The notes under the pieces: model-generated
What the model was told of the DNA's origin: nothing
The model's database searches: none
Seen by the model: only the letters and a program-made list of their open reading frames with translations
From: Alphaproteobacteria bacterium
Lineage (GTDB): Bacteria > Pseudomonadota > Alphaproteobacteria > GCA-2731375
NCBI GenBank assembly: GCA_965232515.1
Contig: CBDDPY010000002.1
Location: 64,001 to 128,000, forward strand
Direction of reading: 5' to 3'
DNA length: 64,000 nt
Program-made: the position numbers and the translations under genes
Shown here: piece by piece, positions 49,649-60,100 of the stretch
Layout: each line of letters begins with the position of its first letter
How positions within the stretch are numbered: the first letter of the stretch is position 1

Positions 49649-50410
49649 TTGCAGGACACGCTTTTGGTGGAGCGGCGCGGGCCGGTGATGACTTTGGTCA
49701 TCAACCGGCCCGAGGTGCGCAATGCGCTGGACAACGCGACGGCGCGCGCGCTGACCGATGCGCTCAACGATTTTGATGCGGATGACGAGGCCCGTGTCGC
49801 GGTGCTGGTGGGCGAGGGCGGCTGTTTCTGCGCCGGCGCCGATCTGAAGGAAATGGCGCAGGAAGGCGCGACCTACGAGCCCTGGGCCGGCGAGAACGGT
49901 CCGAACGGCGCGCTGCTGTCGAAGCCGGTGATTGCCGCCATCGCCGGTCACGCCGTCGCCGGCGGGCTCGGCCTGGCGCTCCGCTGCGATATCCGGATCG
50001 CCGAGGAGAACGCCGTGTTCGGCGTGTTCTCGCGCCGCTGGGGCGTGCCGATGAGCGACGGCACCACCGTGATGCTGCCGCGTCTGATCGGCCAGGGCCG
50101 GGCGCTCGACATGCTGATCACCGGCCGGCCGGTTGGCGCCGAGGAGGCGCTGGCCATCGGCCTGGTCAGCCGCGTCGTGCGCGACGGCGAGGGCCGCGAA
50201 GCCGCCGAAGCGCTGGCGCAGGAAGTGGCGCGTTTTCCGCAGACAACGATGCGCTCGGACCGGCTGTCGGCGATCCGCCAGCACGGCTTGCCGCTGCGCG
50301 AAGCCTTTGCGCTGGAAGCGGCGTTTGCCCAGGCGGCGAAGGGCGAGCTGGCGCAACTCGGCGCCGCCCGCTTCGCCGCCGGCGCCGGCCGCCACGGCAG
50401 CTTCGACTGA
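49649..50410 (+). CDS. Enoyl-CoA hydratase/crotonase
   Basis: TTG start after GGAAGG; NRPEVRNA, FCAGADLK, KPVIAAI.G.AVAGG, RRWGVP..DG.T..LPRLIG. Confidence 0.88.
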   Translation: MQDTLLVERRGPVMTLVINRPEVRNALDNATARALTDALNDFDADDEARVAVLVGEGGCFCAGADLKEMAQEGATYEPWAGENGPNGALLSKPVIAAIAGHAVAGGLGLALRCDIRIAEENAVFGVFSRRWGVPMSDGTTVMLPRLIGQGRALDMLITGRPVGAEEALAIGLVSRVVRDGEGREAAEALAQEVARFPQTTMRSDRLSAIRQHGLPLREAFALEAAFAQAAKGELAQLGAARFAAGAGRHGSFD

Positions 50411-50420
50411 GGGTCGGCGG

Positions 50421-51569
50421 CTACCGGTACGGTTTCAGCAGCGCGCGGGCGATGACCACGTTCTGGATCTCCGTGGTGCCATCGAGATATTGCGCCATTT
50501 TGGCGGCGGCCAGGTGGCGCGCGAGCGGCAGGTCCTGGCGGAAGCCGCGTGCGCCCATCACCTGCATGCAGTCGGCGAGGCGCGCCAACGCGGCCCGGGT
50601 GGCGAACTTCTTGGCGTGCGCCGCCTTGATGGCCGCGTTGTCGCCGGCGCTGTCAATGGCCTGTGCCGCCACATAGGCCAGCGCGCGACTCGCCTCCAGG
50701 TCGGTCGCCACGTCGGCCAACATCCATTGCAGCCCCTGCAGGTCGGCGATCGGCGCGCCGAAGGCTTGGTGGCGGGCGGTGAATTCGAGCGCCGTTTCGA
50801 GCCCGCAGCGCAGCATGCCGGAGCACATGGCCGCGACGTTGACCCGCGCCACATCGATCCCGGACATGGCCGCCTTGAAGCCCTCGCCCGGCGGCACGAA
50901 CATCTGGTCGGCCGTGACTTTGCAATCCTCGAAGCGGAAACCGCCCGCGCCGGTCGCATGGCAGCCCAGCATTTCATACGGCGCTTCGCGGATGACGCCG
51001 TCCTGATTGGCGTCGATCAGGAAGGCGGCGATGCCGCGCCAGCCCTGGGCGGCGTCGGTTTGGGCATAGACGCTCAGCACGTCGGCGTGTGCCGCGTTGG
51101 TGATCCAGGCCTTCTCGCCGTTCAACCGCCAGCCGTCGCCGTCGGGCGTCGCCGTGGTCGCGATGGCGGCGGCGTCGCTGCCGCCCTTGGCCTCGGTCAG
51201 CAGGAAGGCGCCGATACGCCGGCCGGTCATCATGTCGGGCGCATAACGTTCGACCTGATCCGGCCGGCCGCGGCGGCAGATGGCGCCCGTCAAGTTGTTG
51301 TGCACGACCAGCGCGAAGGCGAAGGCCATGTCGGCGTAGGACAGCTCTTCCATGATCCGCGCCATGACGCCGACCGGAAGCGCCTCGCCGCCGGCGTCGG
51401 TCGAGGCCAGGAGCCGGCAGAGCCCGGCATCCGCGGCTTGCTTCAGCGTATCGCGCGGGGCGGTGCGGTCGCTTTCCCAGGCCGGTGCGTTGGGCGCAAC
51501 CGTATTAGCAGCGAAGTCCTTGGCCACGTCGACCAGTTCGGCGTGGCGCGGCGAAAGTTCGGGTTCGAT
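50421..51569 (-). CDS. Acyl-CoA dehydrogenase, apparent ATC start
   Basis: LTE..GGSDA, LNGEKAWITN, FG.PI...QGLQW.LAD, Q.MGA.G, DGT.EIQ..VIAR; GGGAGG 8 nt before ATC. Confidence 0.88.
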   Translation of the reverse strand: MEPELSPRHAELVDVAKDFAANTVAPNAPAWESDRTAPRDTLKQAADAGLCRLLASTDAGGEALPVGVMARIMEELSYADMAFAFALVVHNNLTGAICRRGRPDQVERYAPDMMTGRRIGAFLLTEAKGGSDAAAIATTATPDGDGWRLNGEKAWITNAAHADVLSVYAQTDAAQGWRGIAAFLIDANQDGVIREAPYEMLGCHATGAGGFRFEDCKVTADQMFVPPGEGFKAAMSGIDVARVNVAAMCSGMLRCGLETALEFTARHQAFGAPIADLQGLQWMLADVATDLEASRALAYVAAQAIDSAGDNAAIKAAHAKKFATRAALARLADCMQVMGARGFRQDLPLARHLAAAKMAQYLDGTTEIQNVVIARALLKPYR

Positions 51570-51671
51570 GGTCCTGTCCTCCCAACGGCATTCGATATCT
51601 TGCCGCAACCATAGCGGCGGCGGGCCGGGCGCGATAGGTTGTCGGCCTGGGATTTCGGTAGGGGTGACAAG

Positions 51672-52877
51672 ATGACCAAGGCGTTCGACGGCATCAGGGT
51701 GATCGACTTTTCGCAGGTGCTGGCCGGGCCCTATGCGGCCCAGCTTCTGGCCCTGCTGGGCGCCGAGGTGATCAAGATTGAGCAGCCCGGCGTCGGCGAT
51801 CAGACCAGGGCGATGATGACGGACGACGCGCACGCCGCGAAGGCCATGGCGCCGTTCTATCTGAGCGTCAATATCGGCAAGCGGGCGATCACGCTCGACC
51901 TGAAGCATGAACGGGCGCGGGAGATCGTTCATCGGCTGGTGGCGGACGCCGACGTGGTGATTCAGAACTTCCGCGCGGGCGTCATCGACCGGCTGAAGTT
52001 CGGCTACGATGACCTGAAGGCGATCAATCCGAAGCTGGTCTACTGCTCGATCTCAGGCTACGGCCAGGAAGGCCCGAAGGCGGGGGCGGCGGCCTATGAT
52101 GGCGCCATCCAGGCGGCCTCTGGCATCATGTCGATCACGGGCCACCCGGATACTGGGCCGACGCGCGCCGGCTTCATGACCGTCGACATGTCGACCGGGC
52201 TGACCGCGGCTTTCGCCATCGCCAGCGCGTTGTTCCGGCGGCAGGTGACGGGTGAGGGGCAGTATCTCGACGTCTCGATGTTCGACACGGCGTTGTCTGT
52301 GCAGTCGCCCCAGATCTGCAACTATCTGGTCGGCGGCATGCTGCAGGGATTGTTGGGCAACGCCTCGCCGACCAAGCTGCCGACGGCGGACTGCTTCCCG
52401 ACCCGCGACGGCTGGCTGCAGCTCATCGGCCTGACGCCGGGACAGGTGACGGGCATGTTCAAGGCGCTTGGCCTGTCGCATCTTCTGGAAGACCCGCGGT
52501 TCGATACCGTGGAAAAGCGCATTGCCAACGGGCCGGCCATGCAGGACGAGATCAAGAAGGCGCTGACCGAGGACGATGCCACAAGCTGGGAAAAGCGGTT
52601 CGCCGACGCCGGCGTGCCGGCGGCGCGAATCTACGAGATTCCCGATGCGGTCGCGCATCCGCAGCTCGACTACCGCGATGTGCTGCTCGATCTGCCGGCC
52701 CCACGCGGCTTCGATGCCGGCGTGACGCTGGTCAATGCCGGCTTCACCTCGCCGGCTGACGGACCGAGCGCGGACACGCCGCCACCGGCGCTGGGCCAGG
52801 ACACAGACGCGGTGCTGACCGAGCTCGGCTACGGCAGCGACGAGATCGCGGCCTTGCGCGATGCCGGCGTCGTCTGA
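51672..52877 (+). CDS. CaiB/BaiF family III CoA-transferase
   Basis: [46 protein letters not shown]. Confidence 0.92.
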   Translation: MTKAFDGIRVIDFSQVLAGPYAAQLLALLGAEVIKIEQPGVGDQTRAMMTDDAHAAKAMAPFYLSVNIGKRAITLDLKHERAREIVHRLVADADVVIQNFRAGVIDRLKFGYDDLKAINPKLVYCSISGYGQEGPKAGAAAYDGAIQAASGIMSITGHPDTGPTRAGFMTVDMSTGLTAAFAIASALFRRQVTGEGQYLDVSMFDTALSVQSPQICNYLVGGMLQGLLGNASPTKLPTADCFPTRDGWLQLIGLTPGQVTGMFKALGLSHLLEDPRFDTVEKRIANGPAMQDEIKKALTEDDATSWEKRFADAGVPAARIYEIPDAVAHPQLDYRDVLLDLPAPRGFDAGVTLVNAGFTSPADGPSADTPPPALGQDTDAVLTELGYGSDEIAALRDAGVV

Positions 52878-54066
52878 ACAGGGACCGCCGACGCCGACTG
52901 ATGCGGCCCGCGCCGCCATGGCGCCGGTCATCGACTGGCTGCTGACGGAAGCGCGGGACCTGGACGACATCCCGGCCGTGCTGGCCGGCTTGGGTCCGCG
53001 GTTGCAGGCGGCCGGTCTGCCGGTGCTGATCCTGATCGTCGGTATCCGGCAGCTGCATCCCGAGCTGTTCGCCGTTGTTTCGCGCTGGGATTCCGTCAGC
53101 GGCGAGTGCCACGAGATCCACGGTGCGCACGGCATGGAGGAGAGCGAGTTCTACCGCAACACGCCGCTGCCGCGGATCTTTGCCGGCGCGCCGATGATCC
53201 GCTTCAAGCTGGCGGGACCGGACGCCGATACGACGCTGCCGTTGCTGCCGCGCTACCGGGAGATCGGCGCCACCGAGAGCATCGCCCTGCCGTTGATCTT
53301 CTCCGGCGGCCAGCGCCAGGCCATCGGCTTCATCGGCGACCCGCCCGGCGGTTTCAGCAATGACCAGCTGGCCTGCTTCGCCGCGATCCTGCCGGCCGTC
53401 ACCAGCGTCATCGAGCTGCAGCATTTGCGGGCAACGGCGGTGGGGTTGTTGGATGTCTATGTCGGCCCCGACGCCGGCGCCCGGATCTGGCGGGGCGCGG
53501 TGCGGCGCGGCGACGGCGAGACCATCAACGCCGTCATCTGGTTCTGCGACCTCGTCGGCTTCACGCGGCTGTCGGAAACCCGGCCGCGCGACGAGGTGCT
53601 TGGCGTGCTGAACGGCTTCTTCGACGCGATGGCCGGCCCGATCGACGATGCGGGCGGCACGATCCTGAAATTCCTCGGCGATGGCCTGCTGGCGGTGTTC
53701 CCGCTGCCCGACGCGGCCCACGAGCGCCGGGAGGTCTGCCGCCGCGCCACTGCCGCGGCCGAGGCGGCCTGGCGGAATGTCGAGGATCTTACCGATGGTC
53801 TGTCCTTCAGCATCGCCCTGCACCTGGGCGACGTCATGTTCGGCAATGTCGGCGCCGCCCGGCGCCTCGATTTCACGGTTATCGGCCCGGCGGTCAATCT
53901 TGCCGCACGTCTGGAAAAGCTCGCCCACACCCTCGATCAGCGGGTCGTCATGTCCGCCGACTTCGTGGCCGCCGCCGACATCGATGCCCCCTCCCGCGGC
54001 CGCCACGCGCTGCGGGGCGTCGGGGGCGACGTCGAGGTCTTTGCCCTCACTGAGAAGGGCGCATAG
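52861..54066 (+). CDS. Class III adenylate cyclase with an N-terminal GAF-like region (start may be 52918)
   Basis: FCDLVGFT, LKFLGDG, ALHLGDVMFGNVG...RLDFTVIGPAVNLAARLE. Confidence 0.9.
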   Translation: MPASSEQGPPTPTDAARAAMAPVIDWLLTEARDLDDIPAVLAGLGPRLQAAGLPVLILIVGIRQLHPELFAVVSRWDSVSGECHEIHGAHGMEESEFYRNTPLPRIFAGAPMIRFKLAGPDADTTLPLLPRYREIGATESIALPLIFSGGQRQAIGFIGDPPGGFSNDQLACFAAILPAVTSVIELQHLRATAVGLLDVYVGPDAGARIWRGAVRRGDGETINAVIWFCDLVGFTRLSETRPRDEVLGVLNGFFDAMAGPIDDAGGTILKFLGDGLLAVFPLPDAAHERREVCRRATAAAEAAWRNVEDLTDGLSFSIALHLGDVMFGNVGAARRLDFTVIGPAVNLAARLEKLAHTLDQRVVMSADFVAAADIDAPSRGRHALRGVGGDVEVFALTEKGA

Positions 54067-54121
54067 AGCCGGATATTGGCCCTGGCGCGGGAAATTTGCG
54101 AAGATGGCGCGATCCTGAGCT

Positions 54122-55315
54122 GTGGGGGCGTTCGTGCGCGCGAAAGTCTTTGCCATCCTGCTGCTGGTCCTGCCGATCTCGGCCTGCCGGCAGGATACGA
54201 TTGGCTGCTTCGAGGGCATGCTGGCGCATGTGTTGGGCCGGTCCGCCGCGGCCGCCGATCACTACGATCGGTGTATCGGCAGTGCGCTGCCGACGAATTC
54301 CTGGATGCAGCTCATCTATGCGCTTCGGGCGAGCGCGAATTCGAGCGCCGGAGAATATAATGCGGCGATCCGAGACTATGATTTCCTCCTGCACTTCGAG
54401 CCCGACAACACGGCCAATCTGCATGCGCGGGGCTATGCCCTTGCCGCCATGGCGCAGTACGAGAGGGCCATTGGCGACTACAACGCCGCGCTCCGCATGG
54501 TGCCGGAAGATCCTCACGTTATGAGCAACAGAGGACGGGCCTATGCCGCGCAGGGCCAGCATCAACTGGCCATCGCCGACTACAATGCGGCGTTGACGAT
54601 TGAGCCGGGACGCCTGACAACCTTGCACAGTCGGGGCGTTGCCTACGGCCGGCTGGGGCAGCATGACAAGGCCATTGCCGACTACGGCGCGGTTATTGAA
54701 GAGCAGCCGAGCTTGAAGGCGCATTTCAATCGCGGTCTGGCGCGCGCCCATCTAGGTCGTCATCAAGCGGCAATCGAGGACTTCAGCGCGGCGATTGCGT
54801 TCGGCGGAGAAATTGAAGCGGCGGTTTATCGGCGCGGACGGCTTTACCGCGAACAGGGCAGGATGGCCGACGCGGCCGCCGACTTCACGACGTTGCTGCG
54901 CTTGCGGCCGGACGATATCGACGCCCGCCTGCGGCGCGCCGAAACGCATGCCGCGACCGGCGACTACGACAAGGCGTTGGCTGACCACAACGAAGCCGTT
55001 CGGCAGCGACCGCGCGATGGGCGGATCTATTCACGCCGTGGCGCGGTCCATGCCGCGATGAACGACGACGAGGCCGCGATTGCGGATTTCACGCGCGCAT
55101 TGCAAATCGATCCCAACGATGTCGAAGCGTTGAGAGACCGGTGTGGCGCTAATCATCGCCTGGGCCGGTTGGACGCGGCCAGGCGCGATCGGGACGCGAT
55201 CTATCGCCTGGTAACCGGGTGGCCGGCGACGGACGAGCCCGATGACGGCGCAGATTTCGATTGTCTGCCGAGGAAGCAGGCGCGTCTCATCGGTCGACCG
55301 ACAGCCACCGCTTGA
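54122..55315 (+). CDS. Tetratricopeptide-repeat protein, probable lipoprotein
   Basis: Repeated RG.A....G.Y..AI.DY..AL...P units; lipobox-like LPISAC. Confidence 0.85.
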   Translation: MGAFVRAKVFAILLLVLPISACRQDTIGCFEGMLAHVLGRSAAAADHYDRCIGSALPTNSWMQLIYALRASANSSAGEYNAAIRDYDFLLHFEPDNTANLHARGYALAAMAQYERAIGDYNAALRMVPEDPHVMSNRGRAYAAQGQHQLAIADYNAALTIEPGRLTTLHSRGVAYGRLGQHDKAIADYGAVIEEQPSLKAHFNRGLARAHLGRHQAAIEDFSAAIAFGGEIEAAVYRRGRLYREQGRMADAAADFTTLLRLRPDDIDARLRRAETHAATGDYDKALADHNEAVRQRPRDGRIYSRRGAVHAAMNDDEAAIADFTRALQIDPNDVEALRDRCGANHRLGRLDAARRDRDAIYRLVTGWPATDEPDDGADFDCLPRKQARLIGRPTATA

Positions 55316-55363
55316 CAGCCCGTCGGCATGGCCGTCAGCCTGTGGCGGAGCAAGGAGATCAGC

Positions 55364-55870
55364 ATGACAGAAACCGCGACGCGTAAGGCCGTGGTGCTGC
55401 AGCCGGATGATGGCAAGCACTATTGGCAGCCGCAGCCGACCGGCGGCTATGCCTCGGTCAAGCTGGCGGCCGGCGAGACCGGCCGCGACGACTATTCCAT
55501 GGGCATCCAGGTGGTGCCGCCCGGCGGCATGGTGCGCCAGCACGCGCACACTCGGAACGATGAGGTGCTGTTCTTCTGGGAAGGCGAGGGGCGCGCCATC
55601 ATCGACGGCGAGGAGCATCAATTGCGCCCCGGCACCACGGTGCTGGCCGTGCCCTATGCCCAGCACTGTTTTATCAACGACGGCGACAGCGATCTGAAGT
55701 TCGTCTGGATGATGCTGCCGGCCGACCTGGAGAACTGGTTTGCCGCCATCGGCCGGCCGCGCACGCCGGGCGAGCCGGCGCCGGCGCCGTTCGAGCGGCC
55801 CGCCGATATCGGCGATATCCAGGAAGCGCACGGCTTCGTGCGCAGTGACGCGGTTTCGGAGAAGGTCTGA
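55364..55870 (+). CDS. Cupin domain protein
   Basis: PGG....HAH...DE....EG.G and P....H.F.N motifs; RBS AAGGAG. Confidence 0.85.
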   Translation: MTETATRKAVVLQPDDGKHYWQPQPTGGYASVKLAAGETGRDDYSMGIQVVPPGGMVRQHAHTRNDEVLFFWEGEGRAIIDGEEHQLRPGTTVLAVPYAQHCFINDGDSDLKFVWMMLPADLENWFAAIGRPRTPGEPAPAPFERPADIGDIQEAHGFVRSDAVSEKV

Positions 55871-55873
55871 CGT

Positions 55874-57055
55874 ATGAAGCTTGAAGGTATTCGCGTACTG
55901 GATCTGTCGCGGTTTTTGCCGGGACCGCATCTGACCATGATGATGGCCGATCACGGCGCCGAGGTGATCAAGATCGAGGACACGGTCAGCGGCGACGCGA
56001 CCCGCCATATCGGCCCCAAGAAGGACGGCTTGACGGTCTATTTCCGTAACGCCAACCGGGGCAAGCGCGGCTTCGCCGTCAACCTGAAGAGCGACGAGGG
56101 CCGCGAGGTTTTCATGCGGCTCGCCGAAACTGCCGATGTCATCGTCGAGACGTTCCGGCCGGGCGTGGTCGACCGCCTGGGCATCGGCTATGACGCGGTG
56201 GCCGCCCGCGCGCCGCAAATCGTCTATTGCGGCATTTCGGCTTTCGGCCAGGACGGCCCCTACCGCGACCGTCCTGCGCACGATCTCAGCGTCGGCGCGC
56301 TCGCCGGCACCGTCGCGCTCAGTTTGGGGGCCGACGGCATGCCGAATATGCCGGGCCTGCCGCCGGCCGACATGGGCGGCTCGCTGATGGCGCTGTCGGG
56401 CATCCTGATGGCGCTGCTGCGGCGGGTCGAGACCGGCCGTGGCGATTATCTCGACATGTCCATGTTCGACGCCATCGTTTCCTGGACGCCGCACATTACC
56501 GGCACCGTCTTCGCCGAGGGCCGGGCACCGGTGCCGAGCGAGCAACGCACCCAGGGCGGCAGCGCCTTCTACCGCGTCTTCCGGACCAGCGATGGTCTTT
56601 GCGTAACGCTGGGCGGCAGCGAGATGAAGTTCGTCGAGAACCTGCTGACGGCGCTGGAGCGCCCCGACCTGATCGACGTGGCGCGACGACCGCCGGGGCC
56701 GGAGCAGGCGCCGCTGCACGAATTCCTGGAGGCGACCTTCGCCGAGCGGACGCAGGCCGAGTGGGACGAATGGTTCCAGGGCCGCGACGTCTGCTTCGCG
56801 CCGGTGCAGGATCTGAAGGCGGCGTTTGCCGACCCGCATCTGCAGGCGCGCGACATGCTGCTGTTCGACGACGACGGCAACGAGCATATCGGCATCCCGA
56901 TCAAGTTCCGCAACGAGCCGGGGCGGATCGAGCCGCGCGCGCCGGCATTGGGCGGGGATACGACGGCCATATTGCAGGAAATCGGCTACGCCGAGACGGA
57001 AATCGGCGAATTGCAGGCCAACGCGGTTGTCGGCGGCGGTTCTGCCAACTCATGA
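55874..57055 (+). CDS. CaiB/BaiF family III CoA-transferase
   Basis: [42 protein letters not shown]. Confidence 0.92.
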   Translation: MKLEGIRVLDLSRFLPGPHLTMMMADHGAEVIKIEDTVSGDATRHIGPKKDGLTVYFRNANRGKRGFAVNLKSDEGREVFMRLAETADVIVETFRPGVVDRLGIGYDAVAARAPQIVYCGISAFGQDGPYRDRPAHDLSVGALAGTVALSLGADGMPNMPGLPPADMGGSLMALSGILMALLRRVETGRGDYLDMSMFDAIVSWTPHITGTVFAEGRAPVPSEQRTQGGSAFYRVFRTSDGLCVTLGGSEMKFVENLLTALERPDLIDVARRPPGPEQAPLHEFLEATFAERTQAEWDEWFQGRDVCFAPVQDLKAAFADPHLQARDMLLFDDDGNEHIGIPIKFRNEPGRIEPRAPALGGDTTAILQEIGYAETEIGELQANAVVGGGSANS

Positions 57056-57135
57056 CGTGTGTTAGCCTCCGGGCTGTCAGACGGGGCATCTGACCGACGC
57101 TCCGGCCGGCTCTAGCCAGCCACGAGGCAACCGCC

Positions 57136-60100
57136 ATGCTTTGTCACCGGTGCGGCGCCGAAAACGCGGACGATCGCCGATTCTGTCGCGACTGCGGTGC
57201 GTCGTTGAAGGTCGTGTGTGCTGCCTGCGGCTTCGAGAACGAACCCGGCGCCAAGTTTTGCGGCGGCTGTGGCGTCAAGCTCGCGGCGGCCGATGCGGCC
57301 GAGCCCGGCGCCCTGCAGCCGCGCCTGCCGCGACATCTGGCCGAACGCATTCTGAGCTCTCGGGCCGCGCTGGTTGGCGAGCGTAAGCAGGTAACGATCC
57401 TGTTCGCCGATATCACCGGATCGACCGCGATGATCGAGGCGCTGGATCCCGAACAGGCCGCCAAGCGTCTAGAGCCGACGCTGCGGCTGATGATGGAGGC
57501 CGTGCATCGCTTCGAAGGGACCGTGAACCGGGTGCACGGCGATGGCATCATGGCGCTGTTCGGCGCGCCGCTGGCGCTCGAGGATCATGCTGCCGCCGCC
57601 TGTTTCTCGGCGCTGGCGATGCAGGATGCGGTGAAGGCGGCGACCGATCTCGACACCCGGATCCGCGTCGGCCTGCATTCCGGCGAGGTCGTGGTGCGCT
57701 CCATCGACAACGATCTGTCCATGGACTACGACGCCGTCGGCGCCGCCGTGCACGTGGCGAACCGCATGGAGCAGCTTGCCGCGCCAGGCGGCATCCGCCT
57801 GACCGGCAAGACCCGACAGATGGCCGAGGGCTTCATCCGTACCCGGCCGCTGGGCGCGGCGCCGGTCAAGGGCATCAGCGAGCCGATCCGAATTTACGAG
57901 CTGACCGGCCGGACCACGGTGCGGACGAGTTGGGAGGTGCGCGCGGCGCGCGGTCTGACGACCTTCGTCGGGCGCGAGGCGGACATGGGCCGGCTGATCT
58001 CGGCGATCGAGAGGGCGAGCGGCGGTTTGGGCCAGATCGCCGCCATCATGGGCGAGCCGGGCATGGGCAAGTCGCGGCTGGTGCACGAATTCGTCAGCCG
58101 ACACCGGCCGCAAGGCTGGGCCGTGTTCGAGGCCGGCGGCGTCCGGCACGGCGAGCACACGCCTTATCTGCCGGCCAGCAATCTGTTGCGCACCTGGGCC
58201 GAGATCGGCGACCGCGACAGCCAGGCCGATATCACCCGCAAGATCAGCGAGCGCCTGGCCAGCGTCGATCAGCAGATGCTGCACGCCCTGCCGGCGTTTC
58301 AAGCGGTGCTCGACGTGCCGGTCGACGACGTCGCCTGGCGCGATCTGGATCCGACGCAGAAACGCCGTCGCATCATCGAGGCCTTAAAGACGCTGATCCT
58401 GCGCAGTACCGAGGTGGTGCCGCTGCTGCTGGTGATCGAGGACCTGCATTGGATCGACGCCGAGACGCTGACCATCATCAACGATCTGGTCGCCAGCCTG
58501 GGCAAGTATCGGGTGCTAGTGCTGGTCACGTACCGGCCCGAGTTCACGCATAGATGGGGCGGGCAGGACAACTGCACGCTAATCCAGACCGAACCGCTGG
58601 TCGCCGATACGGCCGAACGACTGCTCAGCGCCATGCTGGGCAACGACGCCAGTCTCGACCAGCTGAAGCAATTGCTGATCGCCCGCTCTGAGGGCACGCC
58701 GCTTTTCCTTGAGGAGTCGGTACGCACGCTGGTCGAAACCGGCGTGCTGACGGGCGAGCCCGGCGACTACGGGCTGAACCAGCTGCTGGACGAGATCGAT
58801 ATCCCGGACAGCGTGCAGGCGGTGCTGGCCGCGCGCATCGACCGGCTGCCGCCGGAGCACAAGAACCTGCTGCAATCGGCGTCCGTCATCGGCAAGGACG
58901 TGCCGGTCGACCTGCTGCGGGAGATCGAGGGGCTGCCGGCCGAGGAGTTGCGGCAACGGTTGGCGGAATTGCAGACATCGGAATTCCTCTACGAGACCCG
59001 GCTGCTGCCTGACCAGGAATTCACTTTCAAGCATGCGCTGACCCACGAAGTGGCCTATGACAGCGTGCTGCTGGAGCAGCGCCGGAACCTGCATGCCCGG
59101 GTCGTGGCGATCATCGAAGGGAACCAACCGGAACGCCTGGAAGAGCAGGTCGACCGGCTGGCCGATCATGCCTTCCGCGGCGAGTTGTGGGACAAGGCGG
59201 CGCGCTATCACCTTCAGGCCTGCGCCCGCGCCATTGGCCGGTCGGCCATTCGCGAGACCATCGCGCTGTTCGAGCGTGGCCTGGAGGCGTTGTCGCATCT
59301 ACCCGACAACCCGCTGAAGGCAAAGCTCGCCATCGACTTGCGTCTGGTCGCCGTCGGCGCCTTCATTCCGTTCGGCGCCCAGGAGCGCATGGTCGCCGAG
59401 CTGCGCGAGGCCGAGCGGCTTGCGGCCTCGGTCGAGGACGAGCGCCGCCTCGGATCCGTGTCCAGCCAGCTTTGCGTGACACTTTGGATGATGGGCGATC
59501 ACGCCCGGGCGTTGGAGGCCGGCGAACGCGCGGTCAAGATCTCGGAGGCGACCGACAACTATCCACAGCAGCTGGCCGCGCGATTCAGTGTCGGCATGGT
59601 GCGGCACGCATTCGGCGAATTCCGGCAATCGATCGATATTCATCGTGCGCTGCTGGACGAGGTTTCGGGCGGCGAACTGCAATACAAACGCATGGGCTGG
59701 GCCGCTTATCCGTCGGTCTTCATCCAGACGTTCCTGGCCTCGGCGCTGATCGAGATCGGCGAATTTGCCGAGGCGCGGGCGCATGTCGATGACGGTTGTC
59801 GGGTCGCGGACGAGGTCGCGCATCCCTATTCGCAGGTCACGATCCACGATTTCAAGGGCCATCTACTGCTGGCCATGGGTGAGGTCGATGCCGCCGTCGA
59901 AGTGCTCGAAATCTGTTACGCACGGTGCCAGGAGGAGGACATCCTGACGCTGATGCCGTCCGTGCTGTCACGCCTGGGCACGGCATACGCACGGTCCGGC
60001 CGCGTCGACGAAGCGATCGCGGTGCTGGAGCGGGCCGCCAATCCAAAGCTCTACAGCCGGGGCGGCCGCTACACCTGGACCTGGGTGTTTCAGGCCCTGG

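Noticed and set aside
51570-51932. 120-aa N-terminal extension of the ACAD ORF
   Set aside because: Overlaps the divergent CoA-transferase antisense and has no ACAD features
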